Assembly (NCBI RefSeq): GCF_001194135.2
Contig: NC_068993.1
Coordinates: 10,260,795-10,301,603 of the forward strand
DNA: 40,809 bases
From: Octopus bimaculoides
Lineage: Eukaryota
Direction of reading: 5' to 3'
The first letter of the stretch is position 1; every line of letters begins with the position of its first letter. Shown piece by piece: positions 1 to 11,465 of this stretch. The notes beneath the pieces are model-generated. The model was given only the letters and a program-made list of their open reading frames with translations, did not search any database and was not told where the DNA came from. Made by a program: the position numbers and the translations under genes.

Positions 1-165
1 TTTTTTTACTTAATTTTTGAGAGCGGTCGGGTTCATTTTTAGTATTCTCACTTATGAGAGCAGTCGAATTTATTTCAGATATTCTCATTTTAAAAATCAT
101 CTCTGGCTAATCGTTGAGAGGACATTGCTGTTGCCTTGGCAGAGTTTTGCACTCTCTGAGTGCTC

Positions 166-167
<2 letters not shown>

Positions 168-208
<41 letters not shown>
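168..208. repeat. (TAT)n microsatellite
   Basis: Direct read. Confidence 0.95.
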
Positions 209-210
<2 letters not shown>

Positions 211-1344
211 GCATTGTCATCATCATTTTGCATTTGTTTTCCGTATTGGTATAGGTTGGACAGTTTGACAGGATCTGATAAGCGGGAGGACTGCATCGAG
301 CACCAATGTCCGCTTTGGCATAGTTTTGTACAGTTGGACATCCATCCTAATTCCAACCAATTTACAGTATGTATTTGGTGCTTGAGAGTGGGGAGGAAGG
401 GCGTTATTTCAGAGAAGGGAGGTGGCTTTATGCCAGGTGTGGGGAGGCTAAGGATAGGTTAAGCACAGGTGTCTTGCTATAGAGGAGTGCATAGCAATCC
501 CACATTATATAACAGTGAGTGTGAGTATCTTGAAGGAAGATAAAGATAATGGTGACAAGGTGCCAAAGCATCTTCAGGTACAAGAGAGAATGCAGACAGT
601 GGATAGTGGAGGGGAAGGGGATAGAAGAAGGTGGGTAATTTCATAAGAGTGTCAGAGGAAGGTAACAAGAGGTGTCTAATTTGTAGTTTCTGAGTACAAG
701 CCAGAACATTCATCAGACAACTTCCATTCATACAAGTATATAGATAGAGGGAGGGGAGAGAGAAAGAGAGAATAAGCTATAACAGTTATGCTGCTCCAAA
801 AGAGACCAATAATAACAAAAGAAAAATATAATTCTAAGGGAAATGAAAACCAGGTCACAGTTTTGCTTAGAATTCCACAAGCTGATTTATTTACAATTAT
901 CACTGTCATCATCATCGTAGACAACAATGATAATCACCACCACCACCAGCCTCATGATCATCATCATCATTGTCCTCATCAACAATAGCAACAATACCAA
1001 GGATAGGGGCAGTAATTGTACCATTGGCCAATTAGCAGTAAGTTAAAAATAGTCAAAATCATCAGCCGTAAAACCTGCGTCTATTATCAATGGTTTATGC
1101 ACAATCTCATCTACAGCAGGTTAATTATATACCTGTACTTATCAAGTTTCAAATACTGGGAAGTAGAACAAAACATAACCAAACTGTGACGTCTGATGGA
1201 CCCAGTTTCTAACGATCTTCTTAACAGCATTGGTTGTTTGAAGGCTTAAGAGAAATATTGAGTGGTGCTCCAGCATGACCACAGCCACTTGGCTGAAACA
1301 CATAAATAAAAAAATATATATGTATGGCACTTCGTTGGCTGTGA

Positions 1345-1645
1345 TGAGGATGGTTCCAGTTGACCCAATCAATGTAATAACCTACTTGTGAAATTAATGT
1401 GCAAGTGACTGAGCACTCCACAGACACATGTACACTTAATGTAGTTCTCAGAGAGATCCAGTGTAATACAGAGTGTGACAAGGGTGGACCCTTTGAATTA
1501 CAGGTACTACTCATTTTTGCCAGCTGAGTGGACTAGAGCAATGTGAAATAAAGTGTCTTGTTCAAGGATACAACACAATGCTGGGAATTGAACTCATGAC
1601 CTTACCATCGTGAGCTGAATACCCTAACCATTAAGCCATGCACCT
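1345..1645 (-). mobile_element. tRNA-head SINE family E
   Basis: GAGTTCAATTCC B box and CCTTGA(G/A)CAAGACACTTTATTTCAC core; other copies at about 12700-12990 (+), 28180-28490 (-), 34180-34480 (+). Confidence 0.7.
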
Positions 1646-2443
1646 TTACATATATATATATATCATCATCATCATACATACATATATATGTGTGTATGTA
1701 TGATGGCCTTACAAACAGGTTGCATCTACCAAGCTTTGGTTGTCCTGGCATAGCAGAAGACACATAGCCAAGATGCCACACAGTGGGAAAAATCCCAAGA
1801 ATTTGGTATTCAGTGCTCATATTGGAAATAAGAAAGTCTAAAAAAGAACATCAAAAAATGATAATATGTAATGAAGAATATGATTTGTGACAAATCCCTC
1901 CACACATACAGATGCATTCCTTTGATGGTAATGGTTAACTGGGGCTGGTGAAGATAGTGGGATTTGAACTCAGAATGTAAAGAGTCGGAAGAAATGCCAC
2001 AAAGCATTTTGTGGAAAGCATTAGCAATTCTGATTATAACACGATGTGATACAATCTACACACATGCACCCAAATCACACACACACACATGCGTGTACAC
2101 ATGCACTTACAGCTCTGCACTGACTGGTTTAATTTACACTGAAATTGCTTAGACAACTAAGAAAGAAAGAGAGAGAGAAAGTTGGATGGAAGGAAGGTAA
2201 TGTAGTGAAATGAAATGCTGAGCGAAGAATAACAATGTGGTTGGATGCCAACACAGTATAATGGAGAGAAATATTGTTTGACTCTGCCTGCTGAGTGTAT
2301 AGATATTTATAATGTAAACAACACTATGAGATAATACAGAGACTCTGTGTAGACGTCCGACCTGCTAGAAATAGCAGTCAAATCTCCACTGTCTCTAAAG
2401 TCATGTCTATTACTTTAATGAAAGAATAAAATTGAATAATGTT

Positions 2444-2845
2444 GCAGGAGTGGCTGTGTGGTAAGTAACTTGCTTACCAACCACATGGTTCCGGGTTCAT
2501 TCCCACTGCGTGGCACCTTAGGCAAGTGTCTTCTACTATAGCCTCGGGCCGACCAAAGCCTTGTGAGTGGATTTGGTAGACAGAAACTGGAAGAAGCCCA
2601 TTGTATATATGTATGTATATGTGTCTGTGTGTGTTTTTGTGTCTTCTGCTTGTCCCCCCCACCACCACCATCGCTTGACAACCGATGCTGGTGTGTTTAC
2701 GTCCCCGTAACTTAGCGGTTTGGCAAAGGGGGACGATAGAATAAGTACTGGGCTTACAAAGAATAAGTCTTAGGGTTGATTTGCTCGGCTAAAGGCGGTG
2801 CTCCAGCATGGCCACAGTCAAATGACTGAAACAAGTAAAAGAGTA
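2444..2845 (+). mobile_element. tRNA-head SINE, family A, apparently full length
   Basis: Pol III A/B-box-like head (GTGGCTGTGTGGTAAG...GGTTCATTCC), central GGCAAGTGTCTT motif, (TG/TA)n spacer, tail GGCGGTGCTCCAGCATGG...CTGAAACAAGTAAAAGAG; repeated at 8966 and 26200. Confidence 0.8.
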
Positions 2846-2929
2846 TGACATGCAGAAATGGATGATGCTCATGACTGGAAATATTGTTGCTCACATGACT
2901 CGGGGCTAAACAGCAACATTATCAATACA

Positions 2930-3140
2930 TTTGCGTGTAGTTTTTGATGATTCTGTCAAAAGTAATGCTTATTTATTCATATTGTTTTGAATTAATCCTG
3001 AATTATCTCTTAGCTTCAATGATGCAATTACTTATTTTTAGAACGACATTGTAGGGTAGGTCTGAGAGGCTGATTCTGGCTGTTTTAAACATAAAACAAT
3101 ATTTGGATTGGTTGCATATGGATGGATTAACTGCTAAAAT
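2930..3140. mobile_element. Diverged copy of the TTAA-flanked MITE, opposite orientation
   Basis: TTCTGTCAAAAGTAATGCTTATTTATTC...GACATTGTAGGGTAGG is the reverse complement of the MITE interior. Confidence 0.65.
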
Positions 3141-3339
3141 GTTAAAAAAAAAATGGATTTCAACATGTTGGTATATACACTATATTAGAGTACTAAGCAA
3201 GAGGCTGTATTTATTTCAGCTCAGTCTGTTGGTCTGATAACAGTCACCATTCCCATTTCATTTTTGTTTTGTTGCTGTAGTCCTTGTTTAGTGCAAATTT
3301 CAGTCTGGATCCACAAATGAAAATAAGTGATATCAAATT

Positions 3340-3660
3340 GGATATATGCTACGCAGTAACCATTTTCTGCAGAGATATTTCCGGAATTAGAGCGCCAAAA
3401 CAAAGACATTTGATTCTTACCATTACGTTGTAATTAGCAGAACCATATACACGTTCGCCTCTAGGGGTGAACAACTTGTATAAGATTCTGAGAATTATAA
3501 TTTCCTTGCAGTTCGTGCTGAAGAGGGACAGATATTCTCGGTAAGAGAATTTTAATTCCGAAACCGGTCCACGAATAACAATGTTTTATTTTTATTTATG
3601 TAATTTTCACTGTCTTGCCCGCATACGGTTTGGTATTTCGCTGAATTTCTTTTCAGAACT
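3340..3660. promoter_or_regulatory. CpG-enriched promoter-like segment; possible first exon (ATG|GTAAGA) of a neighbouring minus-strand gene
   Basis: About a dozen CpGs in ~320 bp of CpG-poor non-repeat background; TTCCGGAA ETS-like word; ATG at 3423-3421 directly followed by a consensus donor. Confidence 0.35.
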
Positions 3661-4633
3661 NNNNNNNNNNNNNNNNNNNNNNNNNNNNNNNNNNNNNNNN
3701 NNNNNNNNNNNNNNNNNNNNNNNNNNNNNNNNNNNNNNNNNNNNNNNNNNNNNNNNNNNNNNNNNNNNNNNNNNNNNNNNNNNNNNNNNNNNNNNNNNNN
3801 NNNNNNNNNNNNNNNNNNNNNNNNNNNNNNNNNNNNNNNNNNNNNNNNNNNNNNNNNNNNNNNNNNNNNNNNNNNNNNNNNNNNNNNNNNNNNNNNNNNN
3901 NNNNNNNNNNNNNNNNNNNNNNNNNNNNNNNNNNNNNNNNNNNNNNNNNNNNNNNNNNNNNNNNNNNNNNNNNNNNNNNNNNNNNNNNNNNNNNNNNNNN
4001 NNNNNNNNNNNNNNNNNNNNNNNNNNNNNNNNNNNNNNNNNNNNNNNNNNNNNNNNNNNNNNNNNNNNNNNNNNNNNNNNNNNNNNNNNNNNNNNNNNNN
4101 NNNNNNNNNNNNNNNNNNNNNNNNNNNNNNNNNNNNNNNNNNNNNNNNNNNNNNNNNNNNNNNNNNNNNNNNNNNNNNNNNNNNNNNNNNNNNNNNNNNN
4201 NNNNNNNNNNNNNNNNNNNNNNNNNNNNNNNNNNNNNNNNNNNNNNNNNNNNNNNNNNNNNNNNNNNNNNNNNNNNNNNNNNNNNNNNNNNNNNNNNNNN
4301 NNNNNNNNNNNNNNNNNNNNNNNNNNNNNNNNNNNNNNNNNNNNNNNNNNNNNNNNNNNNNNNNNNNNNNNNNNNNNNNNNNNNNNNNNNNNNNNNNNNN
4401 NNNNNNNNNNNNNNNNNNNNNNNNNNNNNNNNNNNNNNNNNNNNNNNNNNNNNNNNNNNNNNNNNNNNNNNNNNNNNNNNNNNNNNNNNNNNNNNNNNNN
4501 NNNNNNNNNNNNNNNNNNNNNNNNNNNNNNNNNNNNNNNNNNNNNNNNNNNNNNNNNNNNNNNNNNNNNNNNNNNNNNNNNNNNNNNNNNNNNNNNNNNN
4601 NNNNNNNNNNNNNNNNNNNNNNNNNNNNNNNNN
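3661..4633. other. Assembly gap (N)
   Basis: Run of N. Confidence 1.
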
Positions 4634-4981
4634 ACCTTACTGGCACTTGTGCCGGTGGCACGTGAAAAAACATTCGAGCCAGGTCGTTGCCAGTGCTGCT
4701 GGACTGGCTCCTGTGCAGGTGGTACGTAGAAAACATCACTTGAGCATGGCCGTTGCCAGTACCACCTGACTGGCCTTCGTGCCGGTGGCACGTAAAAGCA
4801 CCCACTACACTCTCGGAGTGGTTGGCGTTAGGGAGGGCATCCAGCTGTAGAAACTCTGCCAGATCAGACTGGAGCCTGGTGCAGCCATCTGGTTTGCCAG
4901 TCCTCAGTCAAATCGTCCAACCCATGCCAGCGTGGAAAACGGACGTTAAAAACAATAATGTTAATGATGATGATGATGATG
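4634..4981 (+). mobile_element. Family B retroposon (SINE-like/RTE-tail-like) ending in (GAT)n
   Basis: GTGGTTGGCGTTAGG(A/G)AGGGCATCCAGCTGTAGAAAC...CCCATGC.AGC.TGGAAA..GGACGTTAAA then (GAT)n; more than 20 copies of varying divergence in the window. Confidence 0.75.
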
Positions 4982-5311
4982 GTATATTGTAGTTTCTTAC
5001 AACTATAAAAATGACTTATAACGAGTATTGTTGTTTATAATCTCCTCCCTGATGAGACATACATTTTACCAAATTACTCTTCCTCTCGGATTTATTTTAA
5101 TGCATCTATCGAAACATATGTCGGTGATATGGTGATATAAATGATTTAAATAACATATTGAGCATTTTTCTCCATTTTCCATGTTCTCCAAAACACATCT
5201 CACCTCTCTTTAGAATTAACACCCATGCAAGTGTGATTACTAATTCCTTAGGCGGTTATGTGACATTTGTCTACCTTGTAACTGTTCCCCTGGATCTTTC
5301 CTTGTAAATTG

Positions 5312-5355
5312 TACATATATATATACACATATATATATATACACATATATATACA

Positions 5356-5386
<31 letters not shown>

Positions 5387-5456
5387 GTATATATATATAT
5401 GTATATATATATATGTATATATATATCCATATATATATATATATACATATATATAC
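5312..5456. repeat. (TA)n/(TACA)-interrupted microsatellite running into a gap
   Basis: Direct read; similar tracts at about 26400-26475, 36242-36316, 39632-39677, 40063-40146. Confidence 0.95.
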
Positions 5457-6101
5457 NNNNNNNNNNNNNNNNNNNNNNNNNNNNNNNNNNNNNNNNNNNN
5501 NNNNNNNNNNNNNNNNNNNNNNNNNNNNNNNNNNNNNNNNNNNNNNNNNNNNNNNNNNNNNNNNNNNNNNNNNNNNNNNNNNNNNNNNNNNNNNNNNNNN
5601 NNNNNNNNNNNNNNNNNNNNNNNNNNNNNNNNNNNNNNNNNNNNNNNNNNNNNNNNNNNNNNNNNNNNNNNNNNNNNNNNNNNNNNNNNNNNNNNNNNNN
5701 NNNNNNNNNNNNNNNNNNNNNNNNNNNNNNNNNNNNNNNNNNNNNNNNNNNNNNNNNNNNNNNNNNNNNNNNNNNNNNNNNNNNNNNNNNNNNNNNNNNN
5801 NNNNNNNNNNNNNNNNNNNNNNNNNNNNNNNNNNNNNNNNNNNNNNNNNNNNNNNNNNNNNNNNNNNNNNNNNNNNNNNNNNNNNNNNNNNNNNNNNNNN
5901 NNNNNNNNNNNNNNNNNNNNNNNNNNNNNNNNNNNNNNNNNNNNNNNNNNNNNNNNNNNNNNNNNNNNNNNNNNNNNNNNNNNNNNNNNNNNNNNNNNNN
6001 NNNNNNNNNNNNNNNNNNNNNNNNNNNNNNNNNNNNNNNNNNNNNNNNNNNNNNNNNNNNNNNNNNNNNNNNNNNNNNNNNNNNNNNNNNNNNNNNNNNN
6101 N
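5457..6101. other. Assembly gap (N)
   Basis: Run of N. Confidence 1.
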
Positions 6102-6866
6102 ATACTACTATGACCAGTGAAACCTCTAGATTCTAATACTTTTATAGCCTTGTCCATACTGCTTACACCTTCCCTCTCCTTAGAAGTAATTGTCCCTTTG
6201 CTATCACCACTAGATAAGAAACAATAGAATTCTGAGACAGTTAAAACTTTTGTCTAGAATCAATTACTAGCCTGATAGACCCCGCTATGTCAAGATGGAC
6301 TTATATATTCTTCCTCACATTTGGATTTTATATATGCTCTCTCCCACTTGGATTTAATATGTTGCCACATTTATAATATGTCTTTTTTCTACATTTTCGT
6401 GCAGCTGAAGATTGCTCTTCATATTGCATTTAAGGTAATGCTCACATTACTTAAATAAATTGAAGTAGCATGAAACGTTTTGTTCAAAATCCAACTATGC
6501 TTAGCAGTAGTCAATTCAGTTAATGCTTAAAGTTATCATAAATTGAAGTTAATTAATTAGGATACACAAAATGATCTCAGCTATAAAATTAGGTAATCAG
6601 ATATCAATTAGAACTGATCTGAAAAAGGAAAAAAAAGACACCCCACCCCCACCCCAGCCGCAAATTATTACTTGCAGTTAAGGAAAAAGAAAGAAGGGAT
6701 AACAGATGTGTGTGTGTGTGTGTGTGAGTATGTAACACTCATTTTTTTTTTTGTCAAGGACATAAGCAACATAAGTGGAGAATTAAATCCCATGTTGAGG
6801 TTTTGCCTGAGTAGGAGAGGTTAATTCATGCTTTATGGTACATGCCAATTCGTACTTAGAATTTCT

Positions 6867-6872
6867 TTTATT
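6867..6872 (-). promoter_or_regulatory. Candidate polyadenylation signal AATAAA for NFRKB
   Basis: tttatt on + strand about 0.9 kb downstream of the stop codon; motif only, in AT-rich DNA. Confidence 0.2.
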
Positions 6873-7549
6873 TTCCTACAACCACATGATATACCATATC
6901 TGATGGCATATAACACGCACACACTTTACCCAAGAAAATGCCCCCCCCTCCCCACTCAAAAAAAATAACCCTTGGTCTTATATGTGATGTTTGTCCTTAT
7001 ATTACGTGCTTTAATGAAGTAAAAGTTATTTGTCCTGAATATGTGCAGCTGAAATTGGAGTACATCTAATAGACCCATCAGTCTTTTTATGCCATCAAAT
7101 ACAGTAATTTCACGCATAAATGCTTTGTTACAATTCACTCTCTCTCCATATACATACACACATACATACATACACAAATATATGCATACTCAGATGTAAA
7201 CATACCAACCAATCCACTCATTGTGTCCAACTTACAGAAACACATTATAACCAGTGTGTGTGTGTGTGTGTGTGTAAGTAAGCAATTGGTGAAGAAAATA
7301 AAGGCAGAATTGATGAAGACTTTGAATAGAACCAGTACAAAAAAAGAAAGATAATGTTTAACAACAACAGAAGTGTATACATTGGTGAAGAAGATCAGTT
7401 GTATTTACAGGTTTCTTGTGGGTGGGGAATATGTCACCATCAGATTTGTGTGTTTTATAATAATAAGTTCAGCTAAAATACAGAATCCAACAATGTTTGC
7501 ATAATCGCATCACATAAAATTTTTTTTTCTAGTCCCCCATACAAATTGC

Positions 7550-7740
7550 ACATGTGCGTGTGTTTGTGTGTGTGTATGCAAGAGTGTGTGCATTGTTGTG
7601 TTGTGCGTGTGTATGTGAGAGGACAATGAATATAAGTGAAGACAAATAGACAGACAGACGGACAGAGTGAGAGAGACAGAGAAACAAACAGACAGTTAGA
7701 CCAGACAGATAGATAGATAGACAGACAGGTAGACAGACCA
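7550..7740. repeat. Compound (TG)n/(GACA)n/(GATA)n microsatellite in the predicted NFRKB 3' UTR
   Basis: Direct read, starting about 45 nt past the stop codon. Confidence 0.85.
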
Positions 7741-7783
7741 ATAAAACTAATGTATGTGTTCCTCATTAATATTATCCCTGTTG

Positions 7784-8235
7784 TCATTTTGATTCACCTG
7801 TATTGCTAGTAGTGTTATTGTTGCTAGTGCGCTCTTGACTTTTAACTGGCTGCGGTGAAGCAGTCGCTGTAATTGCAGAAGAAGAAAGTTTGCTGGCAGC
7901 CGCTGCAGTTGCAGCCTGAATTACACTAACCCCCTGTGCAGGAAGTGCCTGGCCAGGCGTCATTGTGGCTAGTTTCATACCGGCCGACGGAGTTATGATC
8001 CGAGCATAGACTGGTGGCGGTTTCCCCTTGCCAGCAAACTTTCCTTGGACTTTTGCTGTCTGTAGTAACTGTGCTGATGACAAGACTGTGGTTCCAGACT
8101 GTTGCAAAGCTGGTTGTGAGATCAGGATTGTTGTTTGGCCCGCCTTCACACTGGATGGCTGTGAAAGTACAGTTCTTACAACCTGGATATTTTGTGTTGG
8201 TTTTCCACTGTTGCTGCTTACGATTATAGGTGTCG
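7784..8235 (-). CDS. NFRKB: NFRKB last coding exon: (A)TPIIVSSNSGKPTQNIQVVR...SNTGESK*
   Basis: atcttgtag acceptor, phase 1; TGA stop at 7786-7784; composition continuous with the upstream tail. Confidence 0.86.
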
Positions 8236-8370
8236 CTACAAGATAATAAATAAAACAGCAAATGAGCACAATTAATAATTATCAAAGCAAATCAATCAAA
8301 TGAAAATTAAAAAAAAAAGCAACAACAATATAATAAATAAGTACATATATCTTATCTATTTGTTCATGTA

Positions 8371-8556
8371 TCATCATCATTGTCGTCATCGTTTAACGTC
8401 CGTTTTCCATGCTGGCATGGGTTGGACGGTTTGACTGAGGACTGGCAAACCAGGAGGCTGCATCAGGTTCCAATCTGATCTGGCAAAGTTTCTACAGCTG
8501 GATGCCCTTCCTAATGCCAACCACTCTGAGAGTGTAGTGGGTGCGTTTTACGTGCC
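8371..8556 (-). mobile_element. Family B retroposon copy
   Basis: Reverse complement of the family B 3' region with a (CAT)n tail. Confidence 0.75.
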
Positions 8557-8965
8557 TGTACACAAATGTAACAAAGTCTATCCCTTCAGGATCATGGTAA
8601 CCGACCCTATTAACTTCAGAGTGTGGAGGAATGGAAACCACAGGGGTCATCTTCTCAACCTTGTGGACTTAGTAAAGTGAAATAGCTATGACTGAGAATC
8701 AACCCAGGTCACAAAAATTTAATATTTCAAATTTTGGCACAAGGTCAACAATCTCAAGAATGCTGATTTCCCTTTAGTAAATATGGTATGGTCACTTGAG
8801 GTCAAGTACAACCAATACCATTTACCATAATGGTATGTGGAGTTAAAAACTATTTATTTCTTACAAGTTTATAATTTTTCCCACTATCAATATCATCGTT
8901 AGAGGTGAAAAGACTTTCAACTACAATTTGATTGGCGATGCAATGAAGCAAAAAATATAATCTAA

Positions 8966-9126
8966 GCGCAGGAGTGGCTGTGTGGTAAGTAGCTTTCTTA
9001 CCAACCACATGGTTCCGGGTTCAGTCCCACTGCGTGGCACCTTGGGCAAGTGTCTTCTACTATAGCCTCGGGCCGACCAAAGCCTTGTGAGTGGATTTGG
9101 TAGACAGAGACTGAAAGAAGCCCATT
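8966..9126 (+). mobile_element. SINE family A, 5' half, joined to a family D fragment (about 9127-9235)
   Basis: Near-identical to 2444-2602. Confidence 0.8.
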
Positions 9127-9296
9127 GACTGACCCTAAAAAGATGAAAGGCAAAGTTAACCCTGGTGGTATTTGAACCCAGAATGTAAGGAACCAGAAAA
9201 ACATTTTTTCCAATGCTCTAATGATTCTGCCAGTTTATCATTTTAAGAGAAACACTAATTTCAAAAAGGTTACAGAAAATTGTTGAGTTTAGTTAC

Positions 9297-9443
9297 CTTG
9301 ACTGACTGTAGGTGTCACTGTGGTGTCAGCAGAGCCAACTTTGACACTTGTTCCTGTCGCTGGTTGATGAAGTATGAACTGAGCAGGAAGCAGCCCAGCT
9401 TGAGCAGCAGTTACAACTTTGGCTTGGGAAACTCCAGACAAAC
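9297..9443 (-). CDS. NFRKB: NFRKB tail exon: (G)LSGVSQAKVVTAAQAGLLPAQFILHQP...TVSQ
   Basis: tgttttgaag / gtaact, 147 nt, phase 1-1. Confidence 0.85.
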
Positions 9444-10088
9444 CTTCAAAACACACAACAAAAATATAAATAGTGGCAGTTACTTCCATTTTCCTTTTGC
9501 GGATGCATTTATAGCATGCATGCAAGGTCCAAAATTGTACAACAAAAAAACAAAAGACACAGACAGGGAAAATGGAAGAAGTCTTTGAGGTTTCAAGCCC
9601 AAACTCTTCTATAGAAAGGAATGAGGAGAGAAAACAGATGGAGAGATGAAAAATGTGCCTGGAATAAAAGTTGTAATATGTTGATGTACATACATACATA
9701 CATATATATATATATATCCAGACAAAAAAAATAATAATAATAAACATACATTTTTAAAGACTATACTAGTGTAAAATATAATAATCATCATTATCATTTT
9801 AATGCCTGCTTTTCTATGTTTACATGTCTTCTTGTGTTGTTTTGTAACAGCATTCAGCTGGGAGGGGGTTAAGCTGACTCCTGTTGAGCTCACTGCATTA
9901 AGAGTTCATAATAATTTGAAGGGATGAGTCTAGGAAAACAGTTCCTGTCTGTATTTGTAAGCCACCATAAGGTCGTCTTTGTGTTATACCTTCTCGCTGC
10001 AGGATGTCTGCAGACGTGATCCAATGCCACCAGGAAGCTTCCGGATTTCAGAACAGAGGCCACCTGGAATTCACCATTGCCCTCCAGT

Positions 10089-10372
10089 TATTCCCAGATA
10101 ATTGTTTCTGACAAAAGGATCAAGGTTTCGATAAAGAGGACATCATAAAAGTCAAATTTGTACTCTTCAGTAGGTGAGATTTAAAGGATAATAAACAGAA
10201 AGATGTTTAATATATACCTATGATAACTAAGAAAAAATTCTATGTATAATTTAAACATCTTTCTGTTTATTATCCTTAAAATCTCACCTACTGAAGAGTA
10301 CAAATTTGACCTTTATGATGTTCTCTTAATTGAAATTTTGGTCCTTTTGTCAGAAACAACTGTCTGGGAATA
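10089..10372. repeat. Foldback/MITE-like inverted repeat, 122-bp arms, 40-bp spacer
   Basis: 10089-10210 is the near-exact reverse complement of 10251-10372; TA at both outer ends. Confidence 0.9.
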
Positions 10373-10411
10373 TGAAATAAAAGCATAATCCATTTTAACA
10401 TCCAATCTGCT

Positions 10412-11003
10412 NNNNNNNNNNNNNNNNNNNNNNNNNNNNNNNNNNNNNNNNNNNNNNNNNNNNNNNNNNNNNNNNNNNNNNNNNNNNNNNNNNNNNNNNN
10501 NNNNNNNNNNNNNNNNNNNNNNNNNNNNNNNNNNNNNNNNNNNNNNNNNNNNNNNNNNNNNNNNNNNNNNNNNNNNNNNNNNNNNNNNNNNNNNNNNNNN
10601 NNNNNNNNNNNNNNNNNNNNNNNNNNNNNNNNNNNNNNNNNNNNNNNNNNNNNNNNNNNNNNNNNNNNNNNNNNNNNNNNNNNNNNNNNNNNNNNNNNNN
10701 NNNNNNNNNNNNNNNNNNNNNNNNNNNNNNNNNNNNNNNNNNNNNNNNNNNNNNNNNNNNNNNNNNNNNNNNNNNNNNNNNNNNNNNNNNNNNNNNNNNN
10801 NNNNNNNNNNNNNNNNNNNNNNNNNNNNNNNNNNNNNNNNNNNNNNNNNNNNNNNNNNNNNNNNNNNNNNNNNNNNNNNNNNNNNNNNNNNNNNNNNNNN
10901 NNNNNNNNNNNNNNNNNNNNNNNNNNNNNNNNNNNNNNNNNNNNNNNNNNNNNNNNNNNNNNNNNNNNNNNNNNNNNNNNNNNNNNNNNNNNNNNNNNNN
11001 NNN
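10412..11003. other. Assembly gap (N)
   Basis: Run of N. Confidence 1.
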
Positions 11004-11249
11004 CAACTCTTGCAAAAATGGAAAAGTGGACGTTAAAAAAATGATATTTCTATTTCTAGTGAACATTTTTATAATCTTTACTTCAAATATGTTAGCAGTA
11101 ACATACATTTAATATTCATCACCATGGCTACAACTGAAGTACAATTTAAAATCAGTTCAGCTGAGTCACTACAAAAGTGAAAGCTGTTAAGAGAAGGGGG
11201 GGGGATAGAAAGGGGAAAAGGGAGAGGAGGGAGGGGAGGATTGACTTAC

Positions 11250-11465
11250 CTGGTCGGAGGGTGATGTTCCCAGGAGCCAGATGTGTAACTACAATGCCAC
11301 CTTGACCAGGGGAGACAACCTTTGGCTGACTGACAACTTGTAAAGGCTGTTGGCTGAGCAAAGTACTGGCAGAGGTTGTAACAGCAACCGTTTTCAACTG
11401 TGACATTACAGTTGCTGACTGCAATGCCGAGCTAAGTACTGTCGTTGTCCCTGAATTAGCTGTCA
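11250..11465 (-). CDS. NFRKB: NFRKB tail exon: (V)TANSGTTTVLSSALQS...GNITLRP
   Basis: ttctttctttcag / gtaagt, 216 nt, phase 1-1. Confidence 0.86.

Noticed and set aside
1142-1372. Minus-strand ORF with protein-like stretch LQTTNAVKKIVRNWVHQTSQFG
   Set aside because: No recognisable family, weak donor, and it overlaps the retroposon tail motif at 1262-1310.
2415-2681. Recurring short ORFs ending ...VEDTC.RCHAVG.N.EPCGW (also 8998-9213, 26256-26644)
   Set aside because: Translations of SINE family A copies, not a gene family.
3552-6157. Long ORFs of 240-417 aa in the ORF track here and at 10395, 18475-19376, 35606-36464 and 39603-40263
   Set aside because: They are open only because they cross N gaps; the flanking residues are microsatellite or repeat translations.
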